From: Octopus vulgaris
Taxonomy: Eukaryota
Length of the DNA: 64,000 nt
Assembly: GCA_951406725.2 (NCBI GenBank)
Contig: OX597818.1
Span: 88,164,001-88,228,000, forward strand
Direction of reading: 5' to 3'
Shown: in pieces, positions 40,811-54,378 of the stretch
How the letters are laid out: every line of letters begins with the position of its first letter
How positions within the stretch are numbered: position 1 is the stretch's first letter
The notes under the pieces: model-generated
Told to the model about the DNA's origin: nothing
Database searches by the model: none
The model's input: only the letters and a program-made list of their open reading frames with translations
Translations under genes and position numbers: made by a program

Positions 40811-41215
40811 CCTTTCTACTATAGGCACAAAGGGGGAAATTTGTGGCGGGGGGGGGGGGGTAAGTCGATTATATCGACCCCTGTGCGTAACTGGTACTTA
40901 TTTAATCGACCCCGCGAGAATGGAAGGTAAAGTCGACTTCGGCAGAATTTGAACTCAGAATGTAGCGGCAGACGAAATACCTATTTCTTTACTACCCACA
41001 AGGGGCTAAACACAGAGGGGACAAACGAGGACAGACAAACGGATTAAGTCGATTACATCGACCCCAGTGCGCAACAGGTACTTATTTAATCGACTCCAAA
41101 AGGATGAAAGGCAAAGTCGACCTCGGCGGAATTTGAACTCAGAACGTAGCGGCAGACGAAATACCGCTAAGCATTTCGCCCGGCATGCTAACGATTCTGT
41201 CAGCCGGCCACCTTA
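39755..41215 (-). mobile_element. Long tandem chain of SINE B copies (about 7 units)
   Basis: Same-orientation units of about 200 bp separated by (TAA)n. Confidence 0.88.
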
Positions 41216-41611
41216 ACAGCCATAATAATGACAACAGCAACAGCAACAAAGCGATGCAGCAGGAACGACTCCAACATAAAGCCCCTGATAAAACCGCCCG
41301 GTACATCACAAATACACAGAAAAACGAACATAAAGACACAATACAGACTTAAACGCGCAAGCAATAAACAAAGGCGCATGGACCTAGCTACACACATACA
41401 GATGCAATATGTATCAATACACAAACACAAACTTCGGGCTTGGAACACAAGATCACTTTTATTTCGATCACACGATACCTGGACTGGGAATTAATCGAAA
41501 TTAAATAGACATATTTACTGTTTCTTTTTCTTTTAATTTTAGCTTGTTACCATTCCAAATTTACTTCCTCGTAATTTTCTAAAGAAACGTATATATTTTT
41601 AAAGAAAATTT

Positions 41612-42008
41612 CGCAGGTGTGGCCGTGTGGTAAGTAGGTTGCTTACCAAGCACATGGTTCCGGGTTCAGTCCCACTGCGTGGCACCTTGGGCAAGTGTCT
41701 TCTACTACAACCTCGGGCCGACCAAAGCCTTGCGAGTGGATTTGGTAGACGGAAACTGAAAGAAGCCCGTCGTATATATGTATATGTATATATGTGTGTG
41801 TGTGTCTGTGTTTGTCTCCCCAACATCACTTGACAACCGATGCTGGTGTGTTTACGTCTCCGTAACTTAGCGGTTCGGCAAAAGAGACCGATAGAATAAG
41901 TACTAGGCTTACAAAGAATAAGTCCTGGGTCGATTTGCTCAACTAAAGGCGGTGGTCCAGCATGGCCGCAGTCAAATGACTGAAACAAGTAAAAGAGTAA
42001 AAAGTGTA
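41612..42008 (+). mobile_element. SINE family A, full length
   Basis: Same head, body and tail as 12529-12942. Confidence 0.9.
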
Positions 42009-45000
42009 AAAAACAGAAGCCGTAGATCATGAAATTTGGAGGAAAAAATGTTTGGCACAATTTCGGATCGTTCTTCATTTCACCGTCCCGAACTTTGCTA
42101 TGGCTAATTTCTCTAGCTCAAACATCCCCACTTTTTTTTGTTTTGTTTTTTATTCCAGAAACATCAACGTTACGTAATCAACATTCCTGAAATCCTACCT
42201 CTCTGCACAATATAACATTTAAGAATATGCATATGTGCTGTTGCGGCTGTGTGGTAAGCAGTTTGCTTTCCAACTACATGGTTCCATGTTCAGTTCTTCT
42301 GCGTAGAACTTCGGGCGGGTATCTTCTACTATTGATCCGGGTCGACTAAAGCTTTGTGATTGGATTTGGAAGACGGAAACTGAAAGAAGCCCGACGTATG
42401 TAAGTGTATGTGTGTACCTATATTTGCCCCCACTAGTGCTTCACAAACCAATGGTGGTGTGTTTACGTCCCCGTAACGTAGCACTTCAGCAAAAGACACC
42501 GATAGAATAAGCTTGATCCTTATCGAGCCATGTCTAGCTCATAAGGGCCGGTTTCCCGGTTTCCTTGGCGTATAGATTCCCCACCTAGACGGGACGCCGG
42601 TCCGTCACAGGTGAGCTGCAAAATGCAGGAGGAAAGAGCGAGAGAAAGTTCATGGAAAATGTTCATGGTTGTATGGTAAGAAATTTGCTTCTCAAATACG
42701 TGGTCCCGGTTTAGGCCCCCAACTAAGCTAAGTGTGTTCTACCATAGCGCCGGACCAACCAAAGTCTTGTGAGTGGATTTGGTAGATAGAAACTGAAATG
42801 CGCTCGTCGTATACATCTACGCGGGCGTGTGCGTGTGTGTGTCCGTCCACCGCTTGACATCCAGTGTTAGTTTCTTTACGAACCCGTAACTTAGTAACTC
42901 GGTAAAAGAGACCGAACTACTAAGTACCAAGCTTTAAAAAATACTGGGATCGATTTGTTCGAGTAAACGCTTCAATGCAGTGCTCCAGCGGGTCACAGTC
43001 CAATCAGGATGAAACACTGGATATTACTGTCTTGAGTCATAGGACTCTTAGGGCCCGTTATCTGGTTTCAACCCCGTACAAGTAACTGAGTGCCTCGCAA
43101 TCCGCCTGAACGGGACGCAAGTCCGTCGCAGGGTAACTCATTTAAATACATCTGAGTGGACCGGGGCAACATGAAATGAAGTGCTGTGTTCAAGAATACA
43201 ATGTGTCACCCGGTCCGGAAATCGAAACCGCCATCTGGCGATCTTGCGAGTAACGTCAGAACCACTGGGTACCAAAATGTTGTTATGCCTCTATGCATGT
43301 AAGAAGACAGCCATTGGACGAGTCAACGAGGGACCCTCCAATGTTGTTTAGTTTCCCCTTCTACATGTTATAAATAGCGAGTAAAATCTTGAAATCTCAA
43401 TGGGACCATGGTAAAAATTAGAGGTCTAGGGTTCCTTACACATAGGGAAATAGAGAAGGTCACATTTGGAATACCTTTGATCAAAAGTCAGTTCGTTCAG
43501 GGTTGACTTGGTGGGGGTTAAACGACAACAAACAACAATGTAATCCATTGGACTGCGTTCGACTCACCCTCACCACCGCGCTGCACAAAGTTTCTTCTAC
43601 ATAACTGAAATCTGAAATTGACTGAAGGGAGGAGAGGGGGAGTTGACGAGGGGATGGAAAGTGGGGGGCAGCGGCATTTTCCAAGGGTGACATGAGCATG
43701 AAAATATTCAGCTGACAACCGGAATAGTATTTCTTATTTCTTTATTGCCCACAACGGGCTAAACAGAGGGGAGAAACGGATTAAGTCGATTATATTGACC
43801 CTAGTGCGTAACTGGTACTTAATTTATCGACCCCGAAAGGATGAAAGACAAAGTCGACCTCGGCGGAATTTGAACTCAAAACGTAACGGCAGATGAAATA
43901 CGGCTACGCATTTCGCCCGTTGTGCTAACGATTTTGCCAGCTCGCCGCCTTATAGTATATCGAAATATTAGGAATAGTATTTCTAAGTTACATTGCAGTT
44001 CTAATGGCCTTGAGAAAAGCATGAAGGCCTCACAATCTCAATAACCGTCCCCGCAGCCCCTTGTCACTGCTCTCTCAGATCAACTCTCTCACTGTAACGA
44101 GGTTTCTCCTTTATGATCGCACGACCGATCTCTTAGAAATAACAATCAAATGTCCCTCAAATGACACACTATTTCTAAAAAAAATAATATGGCGGTGCCC
44201 CAGCATGGCCACAGCTCGTGAGCTGAAACTAGATGAAATGAAAAAAAAAGAAAAAAACCTGAAGAGAAATGCCGGATAACGTCGTTCTTAATACACTATG
44301 AAGAAAACAAAACATGGCAGTCACGGTTGGATCATAGATTTGCTTGATTAGGATTGATCTGGAGGGCCACAACAGCAAAAACAAAGAAATGGAAACAAAA
44401 ATTTGGTTGCGTTTGGTTTAGTATAAATGCAGAACTTTTAAAAGAAAAGTTTGTTGAGAATCTCAAAGCTTTTTCTATGGTTTTAACATTAAGAGTTTAA
44501 ATAAAATGAGATAGAAAAATTAATGATACAGCGAACGGAAATGGGACCTGTATCGCACACACAGACACAATGCATCAGAATGCTTCGCAATTGAACCTGT
44601 TACGCTAAATCATAGCAAATCTTCTATCGTCTTAGAAAGAAAAAGAGAAAAGGGCGCATTGTTCAATGTAATAGTCACACACACATGTATGTCTATAGCT
44701 GTGTATGTGTGTATGTATATGCGTGTATGTATATGCGTGTATGTAATCGTATGCTTGTATATATCTATGTGTGTGTGTGTATGTGTATATGTATGTGTAT
44801 GTGAGCGTGTGCGTATGTGTGCATGTGTGTTTCGATGTGCGTGCACTATGTGTGTACACGTATGTGTGTGTGTGCATGTGTGCGTGTGAATGAGTGTGTG
44901 CATGTATGTGTGTCTATGTCTGTATGTGTGTGTATGTGTTTCCCAACACCAATTGACAACCGGTGCTGGTGTGTTTACTTTCCCGTAACTTAGCGGATCG

Positions 45001-45125
45001 GCAAAATAAAGACAAAATAAGTACCAAAGTTAAAAAAAAAATTGCGGGGATCAATTCGTCCGACTAGAATTCTTCAAGGCTGTACCCAAGTATGGCCATA
45101 GTCTAATGACAGCAACAAACAAAAG

Positions 45126-45179
<54 letters not shown>

Positions 45180-46384
45180 TTTATGGTTTCCCTGTCATGC
45201 AACACTTATTACGGTATTACCATTTCTGCCTCATGAACAACCTTAATAAAGAATTCCACCATATCTAGGCGCATGTTTAATATACTTCATCGACACAGCT
45301 GCGATTTGAACTCAGAACATAAGAGAAATAAAACCAATCACAGCGTGGAACTGTGCTTACCGTGCTTTCACTAGTAATATTAACCAATCAGAGAATTGGA
45401 GATGTGTTGTAGTAAAGAGGAACAAAGTTACTTTTGGGTTTGAATATTAAAGTTTTACATGGAAAATAAAATGCTTGGCGGCATTTCGTCCGTCTTTACG
45501 TTCTGAGTTCAAATTCAGTCCCGGCCGGCTTTAGCATTTATCCTTTCGGGGTCAATAATATAAGAATCGGTTGATGTGATCAACTGGCACTACTTAAATA
45601 CAGAGGTCACAAACGCATCGGTGTGACGATGTTTTTACAGTGCACACTGGTTAGGGTTAGGGTTTAGGGTCAGTTTAGGGTCTAGGGTTAGTTTTAGGGT
45701 TACGGTTAGTTTTAAGGTTAGGGCACCTTAGATAAATGTCTTCTACTCTAGCCTCGAACTGACCGAAGCATTATGAGTGGATTTGGTAGACGGAAACTGA
45801 AATGAAGCCTGTGTGTATGTACTGTGTGTTTGTGTATGTTTGTCGAATCGCTTGACAACCGACGTTGGTGTATTAACGTTCACGTAACTTAGCCGTTCGG
45901 CAAAAGGGACCAATAAAATAAGTACTAGACTTATAAAGAATAAGTCCGAATGTCGATTTGTTCGACTAAAATCCCTTAAAGTGGTGCTCCAGCATAGCCG
46001 CAGTCAAATGACTAAAACAAATAAAGGTATAAAACAATACTAATATATTTTTGATTGATGGTTATATATTTTAAGTTTTTAGTTTGTCGAAATTTAGAAT
46101 TTTCCTTTGATCTTTTCAGGTGGGGCAAAGAGATATAATAAATAATGGCCAGGTGTTGGGGTACCTGTTATTGCTGATTATAAATCACACAATCATATGC
46201 GGGTCAGTGCTTGTAACAGAAAACGTTATTGTTATTTAATACAAAGCAAGTGACAGAAACTTACAAGATAGATAAGGTGTTGTTGTGTGTGTATATACTT
46301 TTTTGTGTATGTGTGTTATATTAGGTACCCGAACAATCAGTAATAATTCTTTATATATATATATATATATATATATAATAACAA

Positions 46385-46610
46385 ATGCGCCCTTTTAAAG
46401 CCTAGCCGGTTTCAATGGCGTATGTGTTCCCCAGCTGGACGGGACGTCAGTCCATCGCAGCGTTACTCATTTTTGCCAGCTGAGTGGACTGGAGCAACGT
46501 GAAATGAAGTGTTTTGCTCAAGAACACAACGCATCGCCCGGTCCAGGAATCGAAACCACAATCTTACGATCTTGATGCTGACACCCTAACCATTAAGCCA
46601 CGCACCTCCA
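46385..46610 (-). mobile_element. tRNA-derived SINE family D
   Basis: Minus strand GGTGCGTGGCTTAATGGTTAGGG..GGTTTCGATTCC..GTTCTTGAGCAAAACACTTCATTTCACGTTGCTCCAG. Other copies lie at about 170-380, 9470-9596, 19600-19915, 37150-37440, 43040-43270 and 50040-50330. Confidence 0.85.
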
Positions 46611-47509
46611 CACACACACACACATAATACACACACACACACTACACACACACACATATATATATATATATACACACAAATATACATACATATATGTATA
46701 TAGGTACGCATATATGGGTACAGGACGTCATAAAACGTAATGAGATATCCTTGGCCTGACGAATAGCCTGCTGTATACACTTCGCTTAGATATTTACCAC
46801 TTCCGAAGTTCCGCTCGCTATAAAACATATGTAATCCGGATCTTATCTACTCCATTCCTTAACTTTCTCTCTCTCTCTCTCTCTCTCGATATATATATAT
46901 ATATATGTATAAACTTTTATCTGTTTTACTCATTAGACTGCGGCCATGCTGGAACATCGCCTTGAAGAATCGAATGAATCAACACCCGGACCTTTTTTTT
47001 TAAAGTCTTGTAGCTTCGATCGGTCTCTTAATGCCGAACCGCTAAGTTACAGCGACGGAAACAAACCAACACCGGCTGTCAAGCTGTTGGGGAGGACGAC
47101 AAACGAACACAAACATTATATATATATATATATATATATATTACACGACGAGCTTCTTTCATTTTCCGTCTGCCAAATCCATTCGCAGGGTTTTGGTCGG
47201 TCCGATGCTATAGAAGGAAACTTGCCCACGGTGTCACGTAGTGGGACTGAACCCAGAACCACGTAGCTAAAAAGCAGATTTTTATTAGGGGACACAATGT
47301 CGCCTCTCTCCTACCCCCTAAAATGTGCTACTGCTAGTCTCTCGAAGTACATGTAAACGCTTTCTGAGATCCCAGATACGTCCCGCGTCCGAGAACGATG
47401 TATCAACACGTTAGCGTTCTCGTAGGTCCCGCTACTAAGCATTCTATCAAATAATAAAAACGCTTTCTAATACAAATACAGGGTCTGCAAATGATTATGT
47501 GATTTATAA

Positions 47510-47880
47510 TCTCTCTATATATAAACGGCAGTTTGTCTGTGCGTGTTTCTGTGTGTCTGTTTGCTTGTACCCTCACCCTGACCACGGCTTTCAACCGATT
47601 CTGATGAAACTTGACACACACATAGCCCAATGTCATAATTCAAAACTAACGCAGCGAAAATTTTGAAAAGTTCCCCCAGTTCTGAAAAAATCGATAAATT
47701 CGACATGGGGTCGAGAATCAGAAACACAAACCGCAAACTGTCTAGGGGACGCAACTCCACCTTTTTTAACTAAAAAAAAAATTTACCATCATTTTTTTCT
47801 ATTTTTTGGCTATAACTCTCTAAAAATGCTTTATAGTTATTTCCCTTACAAACCTGAGCAACGCCGGGCGATACTGCTAG
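47510..47880 (+). mobile_element. Non-autonomous Helitron
   Basis: A|TCTCTCTATATATAAA start, GTCT-like repeats, terminal hairpin CCTGAGCAACGCCGGG, and CTAG|T end. Confidence 0.85.
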
Positions 47881-48049
47881 TTAACAATAAAGGGTATCTG
47901 AACACCTGGCAGTTATTATATCTCATAACCCCACCTGAAAAGATCAAAGCAATATTCTAAATTTCGTCAAGTCTGAAACTGTCAGTTGATACCAATCAAA
48001 AAACATTTGTATTGAACATTTTTATTATATGAATGCATATATTCATATA

Positions 48050-48435
48050 CTCTTTTACTTGTTTCAGTCATTTGACTGCGGCCATGCTGGAGCACCGCCT
48101 TTAGTCGAGCAAATCGATCCCACGATTTATTCTTTTGTAAGCCCGGTACTTATTCTATCGGGCTCTTTTTGCCGAACCGCTAAGTTACAGAGACGTAAAC
48201 ATACCAGCATTGGTTGTCAAGCGATGTTGTGGGGACAAACACAGACACACAAACATATACATACACACATATATATACATATACGATGGGCTTCTTTCAG
48301 TTTCCGTCGACTAAATCTACTCACAAGGCTTTGGTTGGCCCGAGGCTATAGAAGACACTTACCCAAAGTGCCACGCAGTGGGACCGAACCCGGAACCATG
48401 TGGTTAGTAAGCAAGCTACTTACCACACAGCCACT
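48050..48435 (-). mobile_element. SINE family A
   Basis: Reverse complement of the family consensus. Confidence 0.9.
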
Positions 48436-49082
48436 ATTCAATATAGTAGTTTGGGGATCGGTATTATTATCCTAAGGGTCCATGAAAAACTGTTGCTTTA
48501 GATGCGTTAATTGCAAGAAACAGCTAGGTTTCTTTCTCTAACGCTTAACACGGTTCAATATTTTCTTACTAACGTTGACAAGTAAACGTGTGAAAACTTA
48601 AATAGGAATTTTGAAAGAACTATCAATAAAAAAAGTTTTTTTTTTTAATCATCGAACAGCTATGGGGATCCACCAGTATAAAATAGCAATCAAAGGGGGT
48701 CCATAGGTAAAAAATGGTTGAGAATCCCTACTTTAAACTGACTACAATAAGCGTTTGTATCACAAGGCAAAGACAAGGCCTTCAATTTCGTTGAGAAGGC
48801 TTAGTTCATTATATCGATCCCACAGGCAAAAACTGGCATCTCATTTACCAATCACAAGAGGAGTAAAAAGCAAAATTGACAGTCAGAATTTGAACTCAGA
48901 ACCTAAAGAACAGGAAAAAGTACCTGGAGGCATTTTATCCGACGAACGTTTAAGAGTAAAATTTACACTATCTTTCTGTCTTTCACTTGTTTCAGTCATT
49001 GGACTGCAGCCATACTGGAGCACCGCCATGAAAGGTTTTATTCCACAAAAAAAAAAAAAAAATCACCCATAATACTTATTTT

Positions 49083-49181
49083 GGCGAAAGTAAAGAATAC
49101 GTACACCCAGTGTTTAGGGATTTAGGGTTAGGGTTTTTGTTACGCCGAAAAAGGGTGGTGTACGTATTCTTTACCTCCGCC
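49083..49181. mobile_element. Merlin-like mini-MITE with TTAGGG core
   Basis: TIR of about 25 bp GGCG..GTAAAGAATACGTACACC with 8-bp TSD CTTATTTT. A related decayed copy lies at 53056-53137. Confidence 0.8.
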
Positions 49182-49566
49182 CTTATTTTTTTTCTAAAAT
49201 TCTGCTCTTTATTTTTGTTATGCAGAACCGCAAAGTTACAGGTACATAAAGATACCAACAACGATTATCGGGCGATGGGGACACACATGCACCCATGACG
49301 GGCTTCCACACAATTTCTATCTGTAGAATCCACTCATAAGGCTTTGGTCGGTCCGAGGGTATAGCAGATGACCCTTGCTCAAGGTGTCTCGCAATGGGAC
49401 CGAAACCAAAATCACCAGACGACAAAGCAAGCTTCAAAACCACACAGTCACGCCAAAGCTAAATTTCATAACAAGATCGTTTGTTTTTTCTTCAATGGCC
49501 GGGTAGTGTATTTCTACTGGTAGGGAATCTTTGTAATATCATTATAGCCTCCTTCTCCGTGGAAAG

Positions 49567-49975
49567 CAATGCTCTATCAACCGGGGTCCCTATGGCCCTT
49601 GATGGTCCATATAAAATGCTAAATTTTATGTGCTATAAGTTATACTTCTACAATACAAAATATATTTTTTTAGACTACTTAAATACAGAGGTCCCGATGC
49701 ATCAACCTAACAATATGTTTTTACAGTTCAACATGTTTTTACAGGGTTAGTTTTAGGGCTAGGGTTAGCTTTAGGGTTGGTTATGGTTACGTTTACGTAC
49801 ATGCGTTGGGACGTCTGTATTTAAGGAGTACCTTTTTTTTTTTTACATATGTGTAATTTCCAATATTTAATTATAAAAATGTAATAGTTTTTAAACGTCA
49901 AATGGCTATGAGAGTCCAGTAGAGTAAAGTAGGAATCCAAGAGGTTCATATACAAAAAATGGTTAAGAATCACTG
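49567..49975. mobile_element. Decayed hAT-type MITE
   Basis: Ends CAATGCTCTATCAACC.. and ..GGTTAAGAATCACTG. A related element lies at about 48445-48730. Confidence 0.55.
49673..49832. mobile_element. Merlin-like MITE with TTAGGG-like core, nested in a hAT MITE
   Basis: Imperfect TIR CTTAAATACAGAGGTCCCGATGCAT / ATGCGTTGGGACGTCTGTATTTAAG ending in CC. A related half copy lies at 45586-45722. Confidence 0.7.
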
Positions 49976-51595
49976 CTCTGGGACCTTTAGTTTTAATATA
50001 CATAGATCGACGATGAGGCCCCTCGATCCCCGTGACCCCTATTCCCTTCGGTCATGAATGACCATGGGATTGTATCTAGAAAGTTCCCCCCGGAGGCACA
50101 AGTCCAGCAAGGTTGTTTATGGAAGACCAGCAGTCGCCCGTGCATACCAGTCGCCCCCTCCACGCCATCGATGTTATCCAAGGGAAAGGCATCGTAACCT
50201 ATTTGTACAGCTGACTGAACTGGAGTAACGCGAAATAAAGTGTCTTGCTCAAGAACACAACACAGCCCGGCCCTGGAATCGAACTCGCTAACTCATGACT
50301 GTGAACACGACGCTGTAACCACTGAGCCAAAGCGGGACCTACAGTATTTATTTATAGACAGCAAAACACAGTACACGTAAGATTAGAAATACCCCCTTCC
50401 CTGGGGAAAGTAGGGGGTGGTGGCAAAGCGATGTGACCCCCACCGGGACAAAGCAATACAGTAAAAAACCTATAATTTTCGTGGACAACAAGCCACGCTA
50501 TATACTGATCAGCTGAGGACTTCTAGATCACAGTACCCCACTCTCTGGGGGAACGAAGCAATACACTGGAACCTATAGTGTAATATTTAGGAGTAGTGAA
50601 CCACAATTTACAATCGGGTGAACCTTAATTTACAATTTACACAGATTTACAACCGGGACCTAGATCAGTATAATATATCCCGGACAAAGCAATGCCTTGA
50701 AGCTTACAGATTTGTTTATGGCTAACAAACCACTATTTAACGTAAAGTAATACTGGGATTCTAGATCCGTATACCCCTCCAACGGGCAACGGACCATTAT
50801 AGTCTTTGCTTTGAAATGGCATAGATTTACGGTACTCATGTAGTATTATGTTCTGCTTCTTCCATGGTGTGATTTGAAACCGTGGCGTTGAGAAAAAGAG
50901 CTAAATGATTTTAAGTAATAATAATTATTATTAGTATTATTATCCCAAGATAAGGCAGCGAGCTTGGCAGAATCGTTAGCACGCCGGGCAAAATGCTGAG
51001 CGGCATTTCGTCCGTCTGCACATTGAGTTCAAATTCCGCCGGAGTCGACTTTGTCTTTCATCTTTTCGGGGTCGATGTAATTGCCTTGTCCCCGCTCCCC
51101 CAAATTTCAGGCCTTGTACTTGTAATAGAATAGGATTATTCCTAATTAAGGCGGGGAGCTTGGCAGAATCGTTAGCACGCCGGACGAAAAAAAGCTTAGC
51201 GGCTTTTCGTCCGTCCTTACGTTCTGATTTCAAATTCCGCTGAGGTCGACTTTGCCTTTCATCCTTTCGGGGACGATGAAATAAATGCTAGTTAAGCACT
51301 GGGGTCGATGTAATCGACTTACCCCTCACCTAAAATTGCTGGCCTTGTGTCAAAATTTGAAATCACATTATTATTCTAGAGGTATGGCTGTGTGGTAAAG
51401 AAGCTCGCTTTGCAGCCATGTGCTCTCAGGTTCAGTCCTGTTGCTCGGTACCGTGGGCAAATGTCTTCTACTATATAGCTCCAGGCTGACCAATACCAAT
51501 CTGCGAATGGATGTGATAGATTTTTACCTTTTATTGTTTCGGGGTTGATGACATAATTACCAGTTGTGAACTGGGATCGATAAAATTTCGGGCTT

Positions 51596-51641
<46 letters not shown>

Positions 51642-52642
51642 CACAAAAATGTAGGCGCGTGTGTGTCATTGTGTATCCCTGTCACCCTTCCCCTCAATAC
51701 CGCTTAACAACTCGTTGTTGGTTTGTTTATGTCCCTGCTGCTAGTAGTCCGGCAACAAGAAAAACCGGTGGTTGTGTGGTAAAAAGCTTGCTTCCCAGCC
51801 ACATGGTTCCGGGTTCAGTTCCGCTGCGGAGCACCTTGAGCAAGTGTCTTCTAGTTCAGCCTCGAGCTGACCAAAGCCTTGTGAGTGGATTGCTAGACGG
51901 AAACTGAAAATATGTGTGTGTGTGTGTGTGAGTCTTTGTGTCTATGTTTGCCCCCACCCCCCATCAGTGCTTGACAGGCTTTAAAAAAATGTACGAGGGT
52001 CGATTCATTCGACTGAAGGTTCAAGGCGGTGCTCCAGCATGGCCGCAGTCTAATGACTGAAATGAGTCAAAGATAGAGACGTACCGTCATTCCACTTCCT
52101 TCTTAAACAACAAAAACAGCAACTACCAAGTTCGGGCTTGGGGCAGGGATTCTACCTGTTCCAATGACATACGAGAAATAGCAGCCAAATTACAGTCAAC
52201 TTACACGCTACAATCTTAAAAAAAAAATATATATATATATATATTGGAAGACGTGATACTTGGCAATATAATAAAAATACAGGTAGGATGGCCACGGTTA
52301 GAACCACTTATTATCATAGGTCCGCTCGAACATATATTTGTCTTGGAGTTAAGCAACGACGAAGAAACATGTGGCTATCCGGTTGCATTATTTATATTAA
52401 TCCTTTCAAAATCTTATATTCGCGTGTTTATTAACTTAAACGAAGTTGTGTATGTGTGTTCATATAAATATCCTCACTAGCTTATACGAAGATGTGTGTA
52501 CGTATATGTATTTATGTACGTGTCTTCGAGTCTGTATGTATATACATATATATATATATATATACACACATTGTTGTATTTCGGGATGGTCATTTTATTT
52601 ATTCATTATTACCAAATAAACACATGCACGACTAGATAAACG

Positions 52643-52696
<54 letters not shown>

Positions 52697-53144
52697 TAAA
52701 TCAGCAACAATGATATCCAGAGGTATAGTATTACCTCTGGATATCCTTGTTGCTTATTTTGATTTTAATCACCTTACTTTGAAATTGTATGGATACTGTA
52801 CTAAATTCTGGTGCCTCAACTTAAGTACCATATCCATTTGAATCTAAATTTTTGCTGAACTCATCTACCATACCCAAAGTGTGTGTGTGTATATATACAT
52901 ACAACTTACTGGTTCGTAAAACATTCTCCGAAAAGAAGTGCCAACGCACGAAACTCTCGGCTCTTGAGTCACTCTGTTGCTTCTGTTAGATATTAATAAA
53001 AATATACATATACTCATATTTTGAGTTCTGTTTTTCCTATTTGCATCAACACTCAGTGGAGGTAAAGAATACGTACACCATCCGTTTTCGGCCAAACAAA
53101 AACTCTAACCCCGAGTGTACTCATTCTTTACTTTTGTTCAACAA

Positions 53145-53219
<75 letters not shown>

Positions 53220-53791
53220 GGTGCAGTCGTGGCTATTTGGTAAGAAGCTTGCTTCCCAACCACAAGGTTCCGGGTTCAGTTCCACAACATGACACCTTGG
53301 CAAGTGTCTTCTAAAATAGCCTCAGGCCAACCAAAGCCTCATGAGTGGATTTGGTAAGGCGGAAGCTGAAAGAAGCCCGTCGTATATGTATGTATGTATA
53401 TCTGTCCCCTCGCCATCGCTTGACAACAGTTGTTGGTGCGTTTAAGGCCCCCGTAACATAACATAGCGATAAAATAAGTACTAGGCTCACAAACAATAAG
53501 TCCTGAAATCGATTTCTTCGACTAAAACCGTTTAAGGTGGTGCTCCAGCAAGGCCGCAGGCAAATGACCGAAACAAGAAAATGAATACATGTGTGTGTTT
53601 GAGAGAGAGAGAAAGTTATATGAAGCTATGTATATGAACGTGTGTGTGTATGCATGTAAGTATTGTGTATGTGTGAATGTAAACATGTGCTTACCGGTTA
53701 TAAAACGGGTACAAATTCTCCGAAAACGAATGCGTAAACGCATGTCTATATACACATGTCAGCTACAAGCTTGTGCTTTGATAAGTATACG

Positions 53792-53828
<37 letters not shown>

Positions 53829-54323
53829 GAACGCAACACAGAATTTGTATTAAGAAGTGTATGTGTAGGTATACGTATGTAGTGTGTATATGTACGTGCG
53901 TATAAATATCTATGTATGTATTTGTAAACATGTGCTAGCCGGTTAGAATTACACATTAGTACAACATTCTTCGAAAACAAAACGAATCTCTCTCTCTATA
54001 TATATATACACATCGCATGTGTATATGTTTCTTTTTAGCATCAAACACGAACAATTTTTGTGTAATTTATATATCTGTGTATATGTATACGTACGTATGT
54101 ATATATATAAATATATGTATGTATGTATAGACATCTGTATAAATAAAACTTGCTTACCGGTTATAAAGATATGTATTAAACCGTAAGGGTAGGTAAAACA
54201 TCCTCCGAAAACGTGTGTGTATATCATATATATCTCACTTATATATCTCTATATATTAACAATATACACATTTACTTCCAAACGTGTATATAAATATATA
54301 TGTAATCGTGTGAGTCCGTAATC

Positions 54324-54378
<55 letters not shown>

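Noticed and set aside
45649-45722. TTAGGG run as a true telomere or fusion site
   Set aside because: Short, degenerate and attached to a MITE terminal repeat.
47601-47612. CTGATGAAAC as a hammerhead core
   Set aside because: No stem II between the motifs; part of the Helitron body.
48029-48475. Recurrent ORF (..HLPKVPRSGTEPGTMWLVSKLL..) as a gene family
   Set aside because: Antisense translation of SINE family A; frames are not preserved among copies.
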